DNA of 64,000 nucleotides from Dimargaris cristalligena (lineage: Eukaryota), in the NCBI GenBank assembly GCA_003614675.1, contig ML002234.1, positions 1-64,000 of the forward strand. The letters are read 5' to 3'. Shown piece by piece: positions 50,923-63,100 of this stretch. The position numbers and the translations under genes are program-made. The stretch's first letter is position 1. Each line of letters opens with the position of its first letter. The notes below the pieces were generated by a model that saw only the letters and a program-made list of their open reading frames with translations, made no database searches and had not been told where the DNA came from.

Positions 50923-52550
50923 ATGAACGGGATGGCCACCGACTACATAGGCCAAAGCGTTCGCCTGGCCAAAATGGTGAGCACGGCCGTGGTAGGGCTG
51001 TACGAGTTTTACAAGGTTAACAAGGCCTATTTCGACGACAATTTGAAGATGGACGAGGCGCTGCTTCGTAAGCACCAAGGAACCTCCCGAGAGGCCGACC
51101 CCGATGTAGTGGATAGCCTCCGTAAACACTTACAGTACGTATCTTATTTCCGCTGTGTCCCGTAGTTCGGTGTATATACATGTATAAAAGGCTATTGCGA
51201 CAGGCTGCCCCAATTACACACACACACATATATATATATATGTATATATCTGACCCCTCTTCTACCCACCATGCCTATAATTTGATATGCCCTACCTCTC
51301 CCTTATTTAGCTACGCCTTTGATGCCTACTTTGATCCCAAAGAGGATCACCCCAGCGTGTTAACCGCCGTGGCCCAAGAAGATAGGACCGAATTGGTTCA
51401 AACGTTTATCAGCGCCTTCCCCTACGCCGGAGGCTACGTGGCCTTGAACCGCAAAACCCAGCAAATTATCGTGACGTTCCGGGGAGCCGATAGCATCAAG
51501 GCCCATTACCACACTCTGCAGCCCATTCTCGTGCCCTGGGAAGAATACCACCCCGGCCTCTATTCATCGACGCCCCAAGACGCCTCCTCCTCCCCCTCGT
51601 CGTCGTCCTCCTCCTCTTTGCTCACCCTCAATGCATCGCCTTCGCCCAGTGGCTCGGGACTGTTATACTCGCTTCCACCTCCCCTACCTAGTAGGCCAGG
51701 CACCTTTCCTCCTCCGCCTAGCGCGGGCCGGCCTCTGCTGCCGCCCCGCCAGTCCCCCTCCTCCTCGTCGGACCACTCGCTCTTACCCCCTCTCCCGGCC
51801 CGTCCCCTGGATTGGTTCCCCTACCCCACCACTCATACTGTCCCCATCCCCCCCGCCACCGCCAATCATGGCGTCCCCACCACTCCGGAGGCCGACCACA
51901 GCAGCCAGCTCAAAGTCCACCAGGGGTTTCTAGCCTCGTTTAAAGTCACGGCTGCCCAGATTCTAACCGTTGTGCAGAATTTGCACGCCCAGTACCCGCA
52001 CTACCACCTCGACGTGGTGGGCCAATCCCTCGGCGGGGTGCACGCCACCATGTTGGCCACCCACCTGGGCGAAGGCCGTCAGGCCGGCACGCTCCTCGCC
52101 TCCTCGACCCGCATCACCCTGACCCACTACGGCCGGCCCCGCGTGGGCAATCTCGCGTTTGTGCACCACTTCCGGTCCCTGAACCTCATCAACCGGCGCG
52201 TCACCTCCCGCAACGACCTCGTGTCCCGTATCCCCTTCCGCCATTTGGGATTCGTGCATGAAAATGACGAATACTGGCTGGATACCCATGGCAAGACGTG
52301 GATCATCGAAGGGGCGGACACCGAAACGGACCTGGGGAACGGAGGGACTAAGTTGGGAACCGATAGCATTTACTGGCATAATGATATTTACGATCGGTCC
52401 ATTTGGGAAAATCCCCTAAAGGGAACCGGAACGAAATTGGCCCAGGTGGCCCAAGAGAAACTGAAGCAGTGGACTCCGGACTCGTGGAGCTTCACAAGCC
52501 GGAAACAGAGCCCGTCGCCTCCCGGTTCGTTTGACGGAGGGAGAGGGTGA
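50923..52550 (+). CDS. Class-3 lipase (alpha/beta hydrolase) with Pro/Ser-rich insert, 2 exons: 50923-51134, 51311-52550; about 483 aa
   Basis: IIVTFRGA, KVHQGF, nucleophile VGQSLGG, YGRPRVGN, NDLVSRIP (Asp) and WHNDIY (His). No obvious signal peptide. Confidence 0.88.
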
Positions 52551-53086
52551 TGAGTAGCAGCAGGCCCCCCTTCTTTTAGGATCAACCAGAAAGATTATTA
52601 ATTAGATGATTACGGTAATGAAGGCCCTTGAATTATTTACTACTGGTCGGGAAATCGGGCATGATAAATCAAGTATTAGTATAAATGTAATTCGATAAAA
52701 GCAATTAACCATGATATTAAGCAGTAGGGGACCTTGGCAACCACCGATGAATTGGGCGTTAAATACTGCACATGAGCCTCCTAGGGCTCTCACTGTGTGT
52801 AGGAAGGGAGAATACACCTCCTCTTTCTAGGCGGCCCAAACCAAGCCATGGTGTGCATCCAGCTGTTCGAATGGCCTACACATGCTGACCCAGGCCTTGT
52901 TTAGCCGGAAGGGGGGGGGAGTCAAGTATGTTGGAACAATTCCTTTTAACATGCTAATAATTCCCTAGGTCCATTTACGCCATGTCCATTGCCCTCCTGG
53001 CGTATGCTTAACTGAATTCTTTAAACGCTTCTTTATTTTTTTCTCTGCCCCGCCCATATAAGTGCATTCTTCTGCGGTAGTCAACC

Positions 53087-55171
53087 ATGTCCCTTTATTC
53101 CGGACTCTCTCTCGGCAAGAATCGTCCAACGGAAGATGGTGGCGATCCCAAGTCGGACGGTAGTGGGTCTAACCCAGGAGGCTCTTCCGCGCCTACCGAA
53201 TCGCAGTCCGTAAACTCCAGCGCATGTAAGTACATTACTACTATTTTCCCTTGAGCCCCTACATGCGCTGGTGTGTGTGTGTGTGTGTGTGGAGGAAGAG
53301 CGAGCGGCACCCTCCTTCTTCTGCCTTTCACCACAGCCACACTATAATGGACCATGCCGTCCACGCTGACCCGTATCAAACCAGTATATTCCGAGTCGCT
53401 TCTATAATAAATCACTCACGCGGGCACTTTTATACCGTCTATGTATATTTATATCGGCTTGAAACCTCGTTATCGCATACGTTACAATGCCACTGCGTCA
53501 GCTGGCTGGAACACCGTCTTTTCATCCCGTAATGCGCGGAAAAAGCCGGCCGCGGCCCCCAAGATTTCCTTCCAGCTGGGTGCCCCAAAGCGGACGGCCG
53601 GGCCTGCTTTTTCGAAAGGAACGTCGCTACAGCCTTCAGGCACCAATCCCCCACTTAGCCACCCAAGCAGGCCAAATCCGAGCCGTCCAAATGTACATAC
53701 ATACTCTAGTGCCACCAGCACTATTACACCCCCCGACGCCAACAGCAGATCCCCAAGCGCAAAACTCGGTTCTATAGTAAGACTTCTTGGCTACTTTCCA
53801 CGAATAAGAGGGATATTATAGGACTACTTGTTTTTTATTTTTCCGGTAGTACATCTATAGAATAATCTTCAACTCGTAAAGGACAATTAATTGGTCAAAT
53901 TCATGGACTAGGCAGTCACTAACACCCCCCCTCCCCAACTTCTCAAATGTACAATACAATGATCTATTCTACCGGGTGCTTGCCAATTTTCAGACACTCC
54001 CCACCGAAGCATCGATTTTAATGGACGCCCAGACACTCATTTCCCACAATCAGCCAGGAACCGCCGGCCCAGCATTAACGGGCTACCACCCCGCAATGGA
54101 CAAGACGGGTCCCAAAGGTGATTTGTCTGCCCGCCCCCCTTTCGACACCCCGACCCTACCACCGGGGTCTTCGTTGTTGTTGTCGTCGTCGTCAACGGTG
54201 GCGCGGGGCAAGCGCAACCCCTTGGCGGGCTTGAACCACGACTACCAACCCCACCTGCCGAATCACTACGACCGATGCAAGGCCGCTTTGGCTCGGCAAA
54301 AAAAGGAGAAGGAGGCCAAACGGGCGGAACGCCGCCGCCTCCGACGACTCGCCAAACACGCAGACAAACGGCCGGATTCGGCATCGGAAAAACCAGGCTT
54401 ACCGGGTGGTGATGGTGGTGATAGGGACAGTGATTCGGAGGATATTCGGTCCAACGTAGTGGTCTTATGCAACATGGTAAGTGTTGAGAGGAACCGAAGG
54501 GCTCGACTAAAATTCGCTAACCGCTGGGGATTATTCTGCTACTAACTATATATATATATATATGCTTGGGTATGTGGTGCCCCCCTCCTTCCCTCTTATG
54601 ATCCAGGTTCGTCCGGGTGAAGTGGATGAGAGCCTCCAACAGGAAACCACCGACGAATGTTTGAAATACGGTCCCGTCGTAAAGTGTTTAGTCTACGAGG
54701 TAAGCATCCCGGTAATTAGAGCATTAACCATGTCTTACTCAATAACTCCCCCTTCTACTTGGATGGGGCGCACGCACCCTTACTCCACCAAATCATCCGG
54801 ACCGTATTACATAATACATTGGACTAACCCCCCCCCTCCCCACGCACACACACATATTTAACTGTATGGATAAAAACTGGTGTTGGGATATATACTAGGT
54901 TCCTGGCGACCAACTGCCCGCCGAGATTGCAGTGCGTATATTCGTGGAATTCGAGGACGAGGCCGCTGCTGAACGAGCGAAGGCCGACTTACACAGCCGG
55001 TACTTTGATGGCCGACGAGTGACGGCCCGGTCGTTTGATCCCCAACGGTTCGGTCGATACGATCTTGCTCCCACTTCGGCCGAAATTGATCGCGTAGTGA
55101 ATAGGAGAAAAGGAGTGTCCCAAGCTATACTCGAGAATCCTACGACTACTACTGCTTCGTCTACCTTGTGA
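53087..55171 (+). CDS. SPF45: Splicing factor 45 (SPF45/RBM17)-like UHM protein, 5 exons: 53087-53225, 53502-53776, 53994-54476, 54607-54699, 54899-55171; about 420 aa
   Basis: MSLY start, SF45-like motif DYQPHLPNHY, UHM VVVLCNMVRPGEVD...ECLKYG...AVRIFVEF...RYFDGR, and DLAP near the end. Confidence 0.85.
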
Positions 55172-56796
55172 GGCACCTCCTTCAACTGGATCTCACATTT
55201 CTGCCACTTGACTTGAAATATACTCGTTCCGCCCTCAGTACCATTCACCCCCCTCCCACCCTTTCTTTTTTATTTTAGTGACTGCAATCCGATCCAGGAA
55301 CAGGCCCCTAGGATATTTGAGCCATGTCTTTTATATATTCAATTAAGATTTTGGGTGAATATGATTAGCAAGTCAACTCGTCTTTCCCACCCATATGTAA
55401 ACTACAGTTAAATCGAGTAAACGGCCGCGGCTTTCCAACCTGTTCTTTCGTCCACAAAACCCTGGTGCGTATTTTTGCGATCGACTCGTTAATAGCCAAA
55501 ATAGGCCGGCCCTCTATACTCTCCCCCTATTAAAAATTACACACAAATATACACATGCACATTGATGCAAAGGAAGGATAAGTCGATAATAAGAAAGGGT
55601 TATTATAGAATGCAATTTAATTTGTGGTATACGGAACTAATATAAAACGGGGAATAGAAGCAGGAGTGAGGTACGTTTATAGATATAGGTTATGGCAGTG
55701 GAGCAAAACAAAGTGGGTGTTTATATATGAATATGATAAATAATACGATAGTAATAAAGAAACGATGTGGGAATGGCCCAAGTAAGATAATATAAACCCA
55801 AAGCCCTTCATCATTATTTCTTTCTTAAGCAAAAAAATACCCTATCCATAACAATAAGCACGGCAAAATTCAACATCACTGAACAGGGGGGGCGGGAGTA
55901 AATGTATGTATAGTTATATAGATTCAGCACAGGCAGCTAATGTGTGATACACAACCAGGTAATAGAGGGGTATAGGTAAGAAAAAGGCGAAAATCATAGA
56001 AATGGTACGACTTAGCGCAAATATCTAATCCTAGTGGCTAACTAAATTCAACCGTGTCGAACCATGAAAAGGTTGAAGTATAGACAATATTATAGACAAC
56101 TAAACTGCGCAAACTCGAATAGGCGAGGATATTGGCTAAACTGCCAAAAACGAAAATAGAAAAACAGGCGGAGATCTCCAGTGTAACGTATGATAGTACA
56201 TGAGACAAGGCTAATGGGATTTGAAAATAGTAGGAAAAGCAAAACTAATGAGAGGAATGGACATTGCAATAAGCAGGGTAACGACCAGGGAGAAAATGTT
56301 TTTAAAGTAAAAATGTAGAGTGCGAAGTCAAGCAATGGTGGGTGGTGTACTAAAAGTGAGGCGAATAGAGCTACGGTAATCATAGCAACATCTTCATCGC
56401 CAAAGTAGGTGCTAACGTATTCAATCTCCCCCGAGGAAATCAAAACTCGAAGGCAGGAAACTATTGAGAACGTACTTTGCAAAATGAATAGATATATATA
56501 AAAATATAAATAGAAAGATAGATTAGGCGGGAAACAAAATAACAATGGGAATGCCCTTCTCGTGTATACCGGGTTCATTACACGACTTGAATCCCGAGAG
56601 GTCATCGGATAACCAAGAGATACATACAAGTGTGTATGTCCTACAAAGCAATTGATGGCGAACATGGTTTGCCCTAGCCACTGTGAAGCCGAAAGACGAG
56701 AAAGAAAAATAATAGAATGTAGATGAAAGAAATAGCGAGCAAATCGAGCAGCCGAATCAAAGCATCCCTATGCGCCCATCGACAGCCTCCCTTGGT

Positions 56797-59062
56797 CTAT
56801 TGACTAAGTTCAGCGTGGACGAATTTTAAAAAATCGTCCCGACTAGCGGCCTTCTGTAAAAATGGGTGGTTTAGCAACTTCTTGGCAGAAGGTCGAATCA
56901 AAGGGTCCATACGGGTTGCATTTTTAACGAAGTCGATAAAGTCATCCGACCATAGCTCCGGTTCGTCAAAGGCGGGGCAACCAGAAGAAGCGATCAGGTA
57001 GAGAGTACGCAGGGGTGGGTACTCCAAATACGGTGGTAAGCCTTGGGCCATCTCGTAAGCCACAATACCAAAGCTCCAAATATCGGTTTTGGTGCCGTGG
57101 GGCCGGCCCAAGGCAATTTCGGGCGAAAACCAATAGGTGGTGCCCACCATGCCGTCCTGGGTCGGATTATCCGGGGTCAATTGGACGGCCCGACCAAAGT
57201 CGGAGATCTTCACCAATCCCCAATCGTTAATGAGCATATTATCACTCCGGATATCGCGGTGCATACGCATATTGCTATGTAGGTAGTCGAGGCCTTGGAG
57301 GATGTCGATACAAACTCGGGCAATGCAGGGCTCATTCATGCGGCGTTCAGGGTAGTTCTCGAGAAGGTCGGTTAGAGGACCCAGTCCCATGTACTCGTAG
57401 ACAATGTAAAGGGAATCGTCGAAGAAATGGCAGCCCCGGTAGTCGACAATGTGAGTGTGGGTATTGGATTTAAGAATAAGGATCTCATGATGAATATCCG
57501 AGATCCGGTCGGACGATTTTGGAATTACTTTGATAGCCACCTAGAGTAATACGAGGCAAAGTAGTGATAAATAAGGTGGGGGTTAGGACGGGCTAGCTAA
57601 TACCTGGGGGTGGGTGAATATTAATCCCAATGAATAGGCGAACATGTAGATGGTGGAACCAGAGTGACAATAGCAACCTATGGTAAATAGATAATGGACA
57701 TACCTTGAGCCCAGTGGAGATTTCGCGGGTTCGGAACATTTCGCCCGACTCGCCGCCAGCAAATAGCTCATAGGGTTCGAAAAGGGAATCGGGATCATTG
57801 GAGTCGATCAAGTCACTAACACTGGTAGGTCGATTTCGGATAACCAAGCGAGCGGCAGGGGTGGGAGTAGCGATGGCCTGTTCAAGTACGTTTCGAGCGG
57901 ATATGCTCTGGGGCCGCGAGCGCCGGTTCATTTCCCGCCGTGAAACACTGGTCGAACTGAAGGGGTCGACGGGCGAGGTAGCGGAAAGCAGTTCAGTAGG
58001 GACTGGGGCTGGGGCGGCTGGTATAGTCAGGGCCAGGGTGGGAGGGGCGGTGGCTTTAACCGGAATCGAAGACGGCTCTACTCGCTGGGCTGCCGAGGAT
58101 TCGGCGGTGTTGTCTACCTCTAAATTAAAAACGGAAAGACTGGTTGGCGTAGGGGCCTGGGGAGGTGTATTAAAGGAAGCGGAGGATCGACCATTGATAT
58201 TAAAGGGGGAGATGAGCGGGGAATCGGACAGAAGGGGGGCGGGAATATGGGGGAAACCGGCGGAGTCGGCCCGGGCCGGGGTCGATAAGGGGTTGGGGGA
58301 GGGGGGGAGCCCGTCGTCTTCGGAGCGACAGGGATAGGCGGGAGATAGAACGGAGTCGGACGAAGAGACCAAATCGGCACTAGTGTCGGCGGGTAGGTTG
58401 GATAGAGTGGAGGTTGCGCGGGACGAAGCGAGTGAATTATCTTGTTGGGATTTGTCGCTGCTCTTGCGGTCGGTAGGCTGACCGGTGGCGCGGTCGTTCA
58501 GAGACGACATGGAGCCGGAATTCTTACGAGCCCGAAAGCGGTCGAGTAGGTCCTTCCATTCGGACGGTAGCTGGTCATAAATGAAGCCGACATTCTCAAT
58601 GTCCACGTGAATGTTGTGTTTGAAATTATAGGGCAGGCCAATGGCGTTGGCCTCCCACGCCCTTACGTAGCGGTCGGAATCGGCGGCGGAGGTGGGGAGT
58701 AAAACGGGATTAAGGTTGGTGGTATCCATGGTCTGGTCCACGTCACCCATTGGGAAATTTTCCTGCCAAACGTCGGGAACACCCAGGTATTTGCCAGTGT
58801 CCATGTCGATTTCAATGTGGACACCGTGGTGCACCTGGGTCGGCCGGCCGATTTCCTGGATACCATTGGCGAACATAGGGTTAAGGGGGCGGGACGACGA
58901 GTTGGTCCGTTCTTTGCTCCAGAATTTACCGCGGCCCTCTGAACGGGCCCGAGTGCCTTCAGGGGAAGTACTGCTATCGGCGGAGCTAGCCCCGTTCTCC
59001 GACTGACGGCCGAACGAGGGTAGGCCAGTATTTTTGAAATTAAGTCGGGGTATTGACTTCAT
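56797..59062 (-). CDS. STE20/PAK-family Ser/Thr kinase with two CRIB motifs, 2 exons: 59062-57704, 57540-56797; about 700 aa
   Basis: CRIB-like EIGRPTQVHHGVHI and AIGLPYNFKHNIHV. Kinase motifs VAIK, HRDIRSDN, DFG, MVGTTYWFSPE, DIWSFGI and GLPPY. Confidence 0.9.
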
Positions 59063-59356
59063 AATGATTATTGGAAGATATTGCGGAAAGAGGGCTGGGA
59101 ATGTGAAAAAAGCGGAGGGGCTGTAGAAAACGCGGACGCGAGTTTGGACCGACGGCCACTAACGAGGCTTGACAGTTAGTGAGGGCAGGGCGCACAGCGG
59201 GAGCGGGAAAGTGACGCAGATAAAGGGGGTATTGTTGAAGTGTGGGAGCGGCAAGTTCGCTAGGACTGTGCAACCAAAGGGAACCGGAAGCGGGACTTGG
59301 CTAAACTAGCGGATGAAAGTCACCGGTGGTGGTGGGAGGGGGCTTGCGAATAGAGC

Positions 59357-59361
<5 letters not shown>

Positions 59362-59389
<28 letters not shown>

Positions 59390-59415
59390 TGTGTGTGTGT
59401 GTGTGTGTGTGTGTG
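59362..59415. repeat. Compound (AG)n(TG)n microsatellite upstream of the PAK start
   Basis: Perfect adjacent dinucleotide runs. Confidence 0.9.
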
Positions 59416-60800
59416 GGAGACTATAGGGTCAGGGAACTCTAGGGTCTAGGAAGAAGGATGGGCACAATGGAAGGAAGGAAGGAAGGGAAGGGAAAACAAG
59501 AAATTTAATAAAAGAATTGGGCAAGCAATTAGGGGGGACAGCGTATAAGCCGAATAAGCCCACGCGAGAAAAGAGAAAGAGGGGCGCTTAAGCAGTTCGA
59601 CGCAGGGCAGGACTACACTATAGTATACTACTCTATCCAAGGCGTGGGTCCGCAAAAGGAAAGAGGGCCGTATGAGGAGAGCACTGCTGCCAATGGGAGG
59701 CAAATGTCGGTAAAGAAGTGTATGTTGACGATAAACGAATAAGCTAAACACTAGAAAACAACGTAAAGAGATGAGAGGAGGAGGGAGCGGACAATAGGAA
59801 TAGAGGAGAGAACAGCATACACGGGGTATATAGTAAAGTAGATAGCTATCTAGGTCTATTTATCGATGTGAATGGAGTAATAAAAAGGAGAGAGGGGGGC
59901 CCCAAGTCAGGAACTGCATATAATAAATAGCCACTAGAGCCAAACCAAGTAAGTGTGTGTATGTGAGGGTATAAAAAGAAGGCCGCGTGGTTCCAGCCAG
60001 CTGGGCGAGAGAGGGGGGATATAAAAGTAGTGCAGTCCCTCAAGAAGAAAAGAAACGGCGAGAAGGTTTGAGGTTGTTGATTCCACTCGCTCACCAACAC
60101 GCTTTCTTATTCGGAATACGGCGCTGTAGGGGAGGAGGAGGGTCCACAGTACACCGTAAAATGGTGTTAGTGCTGGTTAGTTCGGGAGCGTTGGGTTTGC
60201 GCACGAGCCAAATATATAAAAAACACAAGCAATAAAACTTCCCTTCAAAGCGAATCAAACAGCCGCCCTCTCAGGTCAACCGAAAAAAAAACGGGGAGTT
60301 GGAAGTGGGGGGTTAATAAACACTGGGGGGAGGACTGTATTGTAAGCAAAGTGGGGCGGTACTGTTTGGAATGAGGAGGAGGAAGTAGGTTAGCCGTAAG
60401 TAGTAAGGCAGGTCGTTGGAAGATTAGATTAGTTAGAGTTAAAGCATGAAAAGACCAAACGACTAGGGCTAATACAATATGTAAATAGGCCAACAGATGA
60501 GAATGAATAAAAGAAAGGTAAATAAAAGGAAGGAAGAGTAAAGAAGAGGGAATCGGCAACTTGCTCTACTTTACTACCACTTAGACTTGCCTGAGCGGGA
60601 GGGGAAACTCCACTGTCTCTCTATGCTGTATGCTCTATGCTCTATGCTATATGCGCCTACCCCAGTAGAATACTATTTGGCTCCGGGGGGGTTTCTTCCC
60701 ACAGCCCGCCAGCAACAGCAGAGCATCCCTTGGAAACTAGCAGTCCAGTGGTAAGAATTATATACCATTCATTACATTATAATATAATATACGGATGAAA

Positions 60801-60803
<3 letters not shown>

Positions 60804-60836
<33 letters not shown>
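60804..60836. repeat. (TA)n microsatellite
   Basis: Perfect TA run. Similar shorter runs lie near 26790, 50702, 62020 and 62388. Confidence 0.9.
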
Positions 60837-60839
<3 letters not shown>

Positions 60840-62957
60840 ATGACGACGGCTTGACTCTTTTGGAGCAGGAACAATATATAATATCCCTCCTCCTCTTTTC
60901 TTTCACAATAAGGGGCCGCCGTCGTCAGTTTTGTCGTCAATACATTCATTACACATACACTCGGCTTTCTGGGTTGGCAGGAGGGGCTGGCTGTTGTTTT
61001 CTTCTACACTTACCCGTTTTTAGCCCACCCCCCTCTTCCCATTTATTTGGTAGCTGCCATTGTAACCCTAATCAGACTCTATATAATAAGCTAACCCCGA
61101 CCGGTAGATTTTGGGGGGCGTTAGTTGTCACACACCACTAACAATTCCCCACACAGCAGTAGAACCCTATTTATTACTGACCTTACTAATATACTACTCT
61201 ACTTACCACTACTACATTATTCCCCCCTCCAGTCCACGATTTACACATCCTTCGCCTGCACACCACCAACCCCAGCTACTTTGGGCTATCAGGCGAACGA
61301 TTGGTTTTCTGGTCGTCATACCAGGCATATCGATGACTCGCCCATGCAAGTCCTCGTCGATCCTTTTTCAACCTGACCCCTCTTAATCAAGCCCCTCCCC
61401 CGATTTTACTCTTATAGATAATCCCAGACGGGAGGGAACGAAAAAAAGATGTATTATAAATGTATACGAACGGATGAGAGAGACGGTGAAGGAGAAATGA
61501 GGCCTCCAAGTGATGCGATGATGATCAGCATCCCTCTCCTTCCACCCATTCATTATTCATTCGTCAATAAGTCCGATACCACCTTGAGGTCGTGCGATAC
61601 TAGAAGTTTCGTGGATTCTCTAACCCCTTGACCAAGATAACGAATAGACCAGGCCCAACGACCTCTTGGCAGCTGCTACATCAGTATTATTATTTTATTA
61701 TGCTTGCCAATGGTGGCCACTATTGGTTCCAGGAAGTAGCGGCCCGGCTGACTGATTATCCCATTAGACCGTAAATATATCTATGCATAGACCCTTATTA
61801 CTTCTACTACTACTGCTGCTGCTACATACAACCATACACACGCCAGGCCTGCTCGTGCCTTCCCCCTATCATAGAACAACGATAAACCAATTGCCTATCC
61901 ATGTTCACCATCCCTTGTAATAGGCAACCCTGGTTTCTGAATATTCACCCATCGGCCATCCAATCGACGGGATTATCCACCTTTCCCCCCATCTGCACTA
62001 AATGACGACCGGATAATATTATATATATATATATATACAGTCTCCCCTTTATTAGCCCCTATTTAACCATTGGTGACTAATTATTGATTATATACACAGG
62101 CTTAATATACCCTCTTCATCGTATCAAATACGGCCAAGGATCCTCCCATCCCAGACGGGTATGGTGGTAGTATTATGGCCAAGTGCATGTGGAAGGAAGA
62201 TGCTTAATGCATTTATGCCATTAAATGGGTGATGGGCATGCCCAACTGTCAATGGCTTGGCATTTCTTTCCCACCCATCTTCCCCACCGATGCCTCTCTT
62301 TCTCCTCTATACAGTGTGCACTCAAAACAGAGCCAGTCTAGGTCAACCATATCCACAAAAAGACCGTTAAGCAATGTTTATTTATACATATATATATATA
62401 TATATATATATTTAAAATACTAATACAACATAGGATCAAATGAAGAGCAGAGGTGTACTGTTGTTAGGCTGACTTCCCCCCCTACCCATTCATGTCCACC
62501 AAAAGGGACTACTGAATGGTCATCCGCATCATTTTGAAGGCCATAATCACCAGTGATCGGGATCATACTGCCAGTCCGCTCCTACTCAATCTACCAGTAA
62601 CTCACTACCACTATAAACCCTAATCATCAACATTGCCGAATATATTCGAGTGGGTGGGGGTTCAGTCTGGCTGTATATGCAATTCCTCACTGTTTTTCAT
62701 TTGTTTTCTCATTTCCATTTCCATGGCATTCCAAACCTATACAACTGAGCCGGATCTCACCCAAATATATCTATATGCGAAACCCACCCACAGCTCGCTA
62801 TAGGCTTCCTTACTCTCATTTCGGGTCCATGACCGTCTTTTTGTGTGGGGGGTGCTTGGAAAACCACGAAGTTTGGTCTGCTGGGTGATTGGTCAACCAC
62901 TGCCGAAAATTGAAGGGAAGTGTTAAAGTCCAAATCACTCCCCTTGAATAAGAAGGT

Positions 62958-63100
62958 TGGTGATGTACTGTTGCTCCACTACTATTCTCAAATGGAAGTA
63001 CTAGCCCAACAACATCCCTGGTTGAATATGGGAGTAATTCAACAGGGATGTATAACGAAAAATCCATTTGATGAGGCAAGTAAAGTACTACTGGTTGAAA
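62958..63100. repeat. Degenerate dispersed repeat, copy B (inverted relative to copy A)
   Basis: TGTATAACGAAAAATCCATTTGATGAGG at 63049-63076 versus the reverse complement of 21-48. Confidence 0.7.

Noticed and set aside
56090-56665. 191-aa hydrophobic ORF downstream of PAK
   Set aside because: T-rich 3'-UTR-like sequence yields Phe/Leu-rich ORFs by composition alone, and no motif is present.
61706-61725. Short near-palindromes such as CCAATGGTGGCCACTATTGG, and TGGCTAAATTTTTAGCCA near 49591
   Set aside because: Isolated, short and expected occasionally by chance, with no target-site duplication or copies seen.
1-63100. The inverted repeat copies at both window ends as termini of one giant mobile element
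   Set aside because: The interior is ordinary housekeeping genes with no transposase or recombinase, and the copies are too degenerate for functional terminal repeats.
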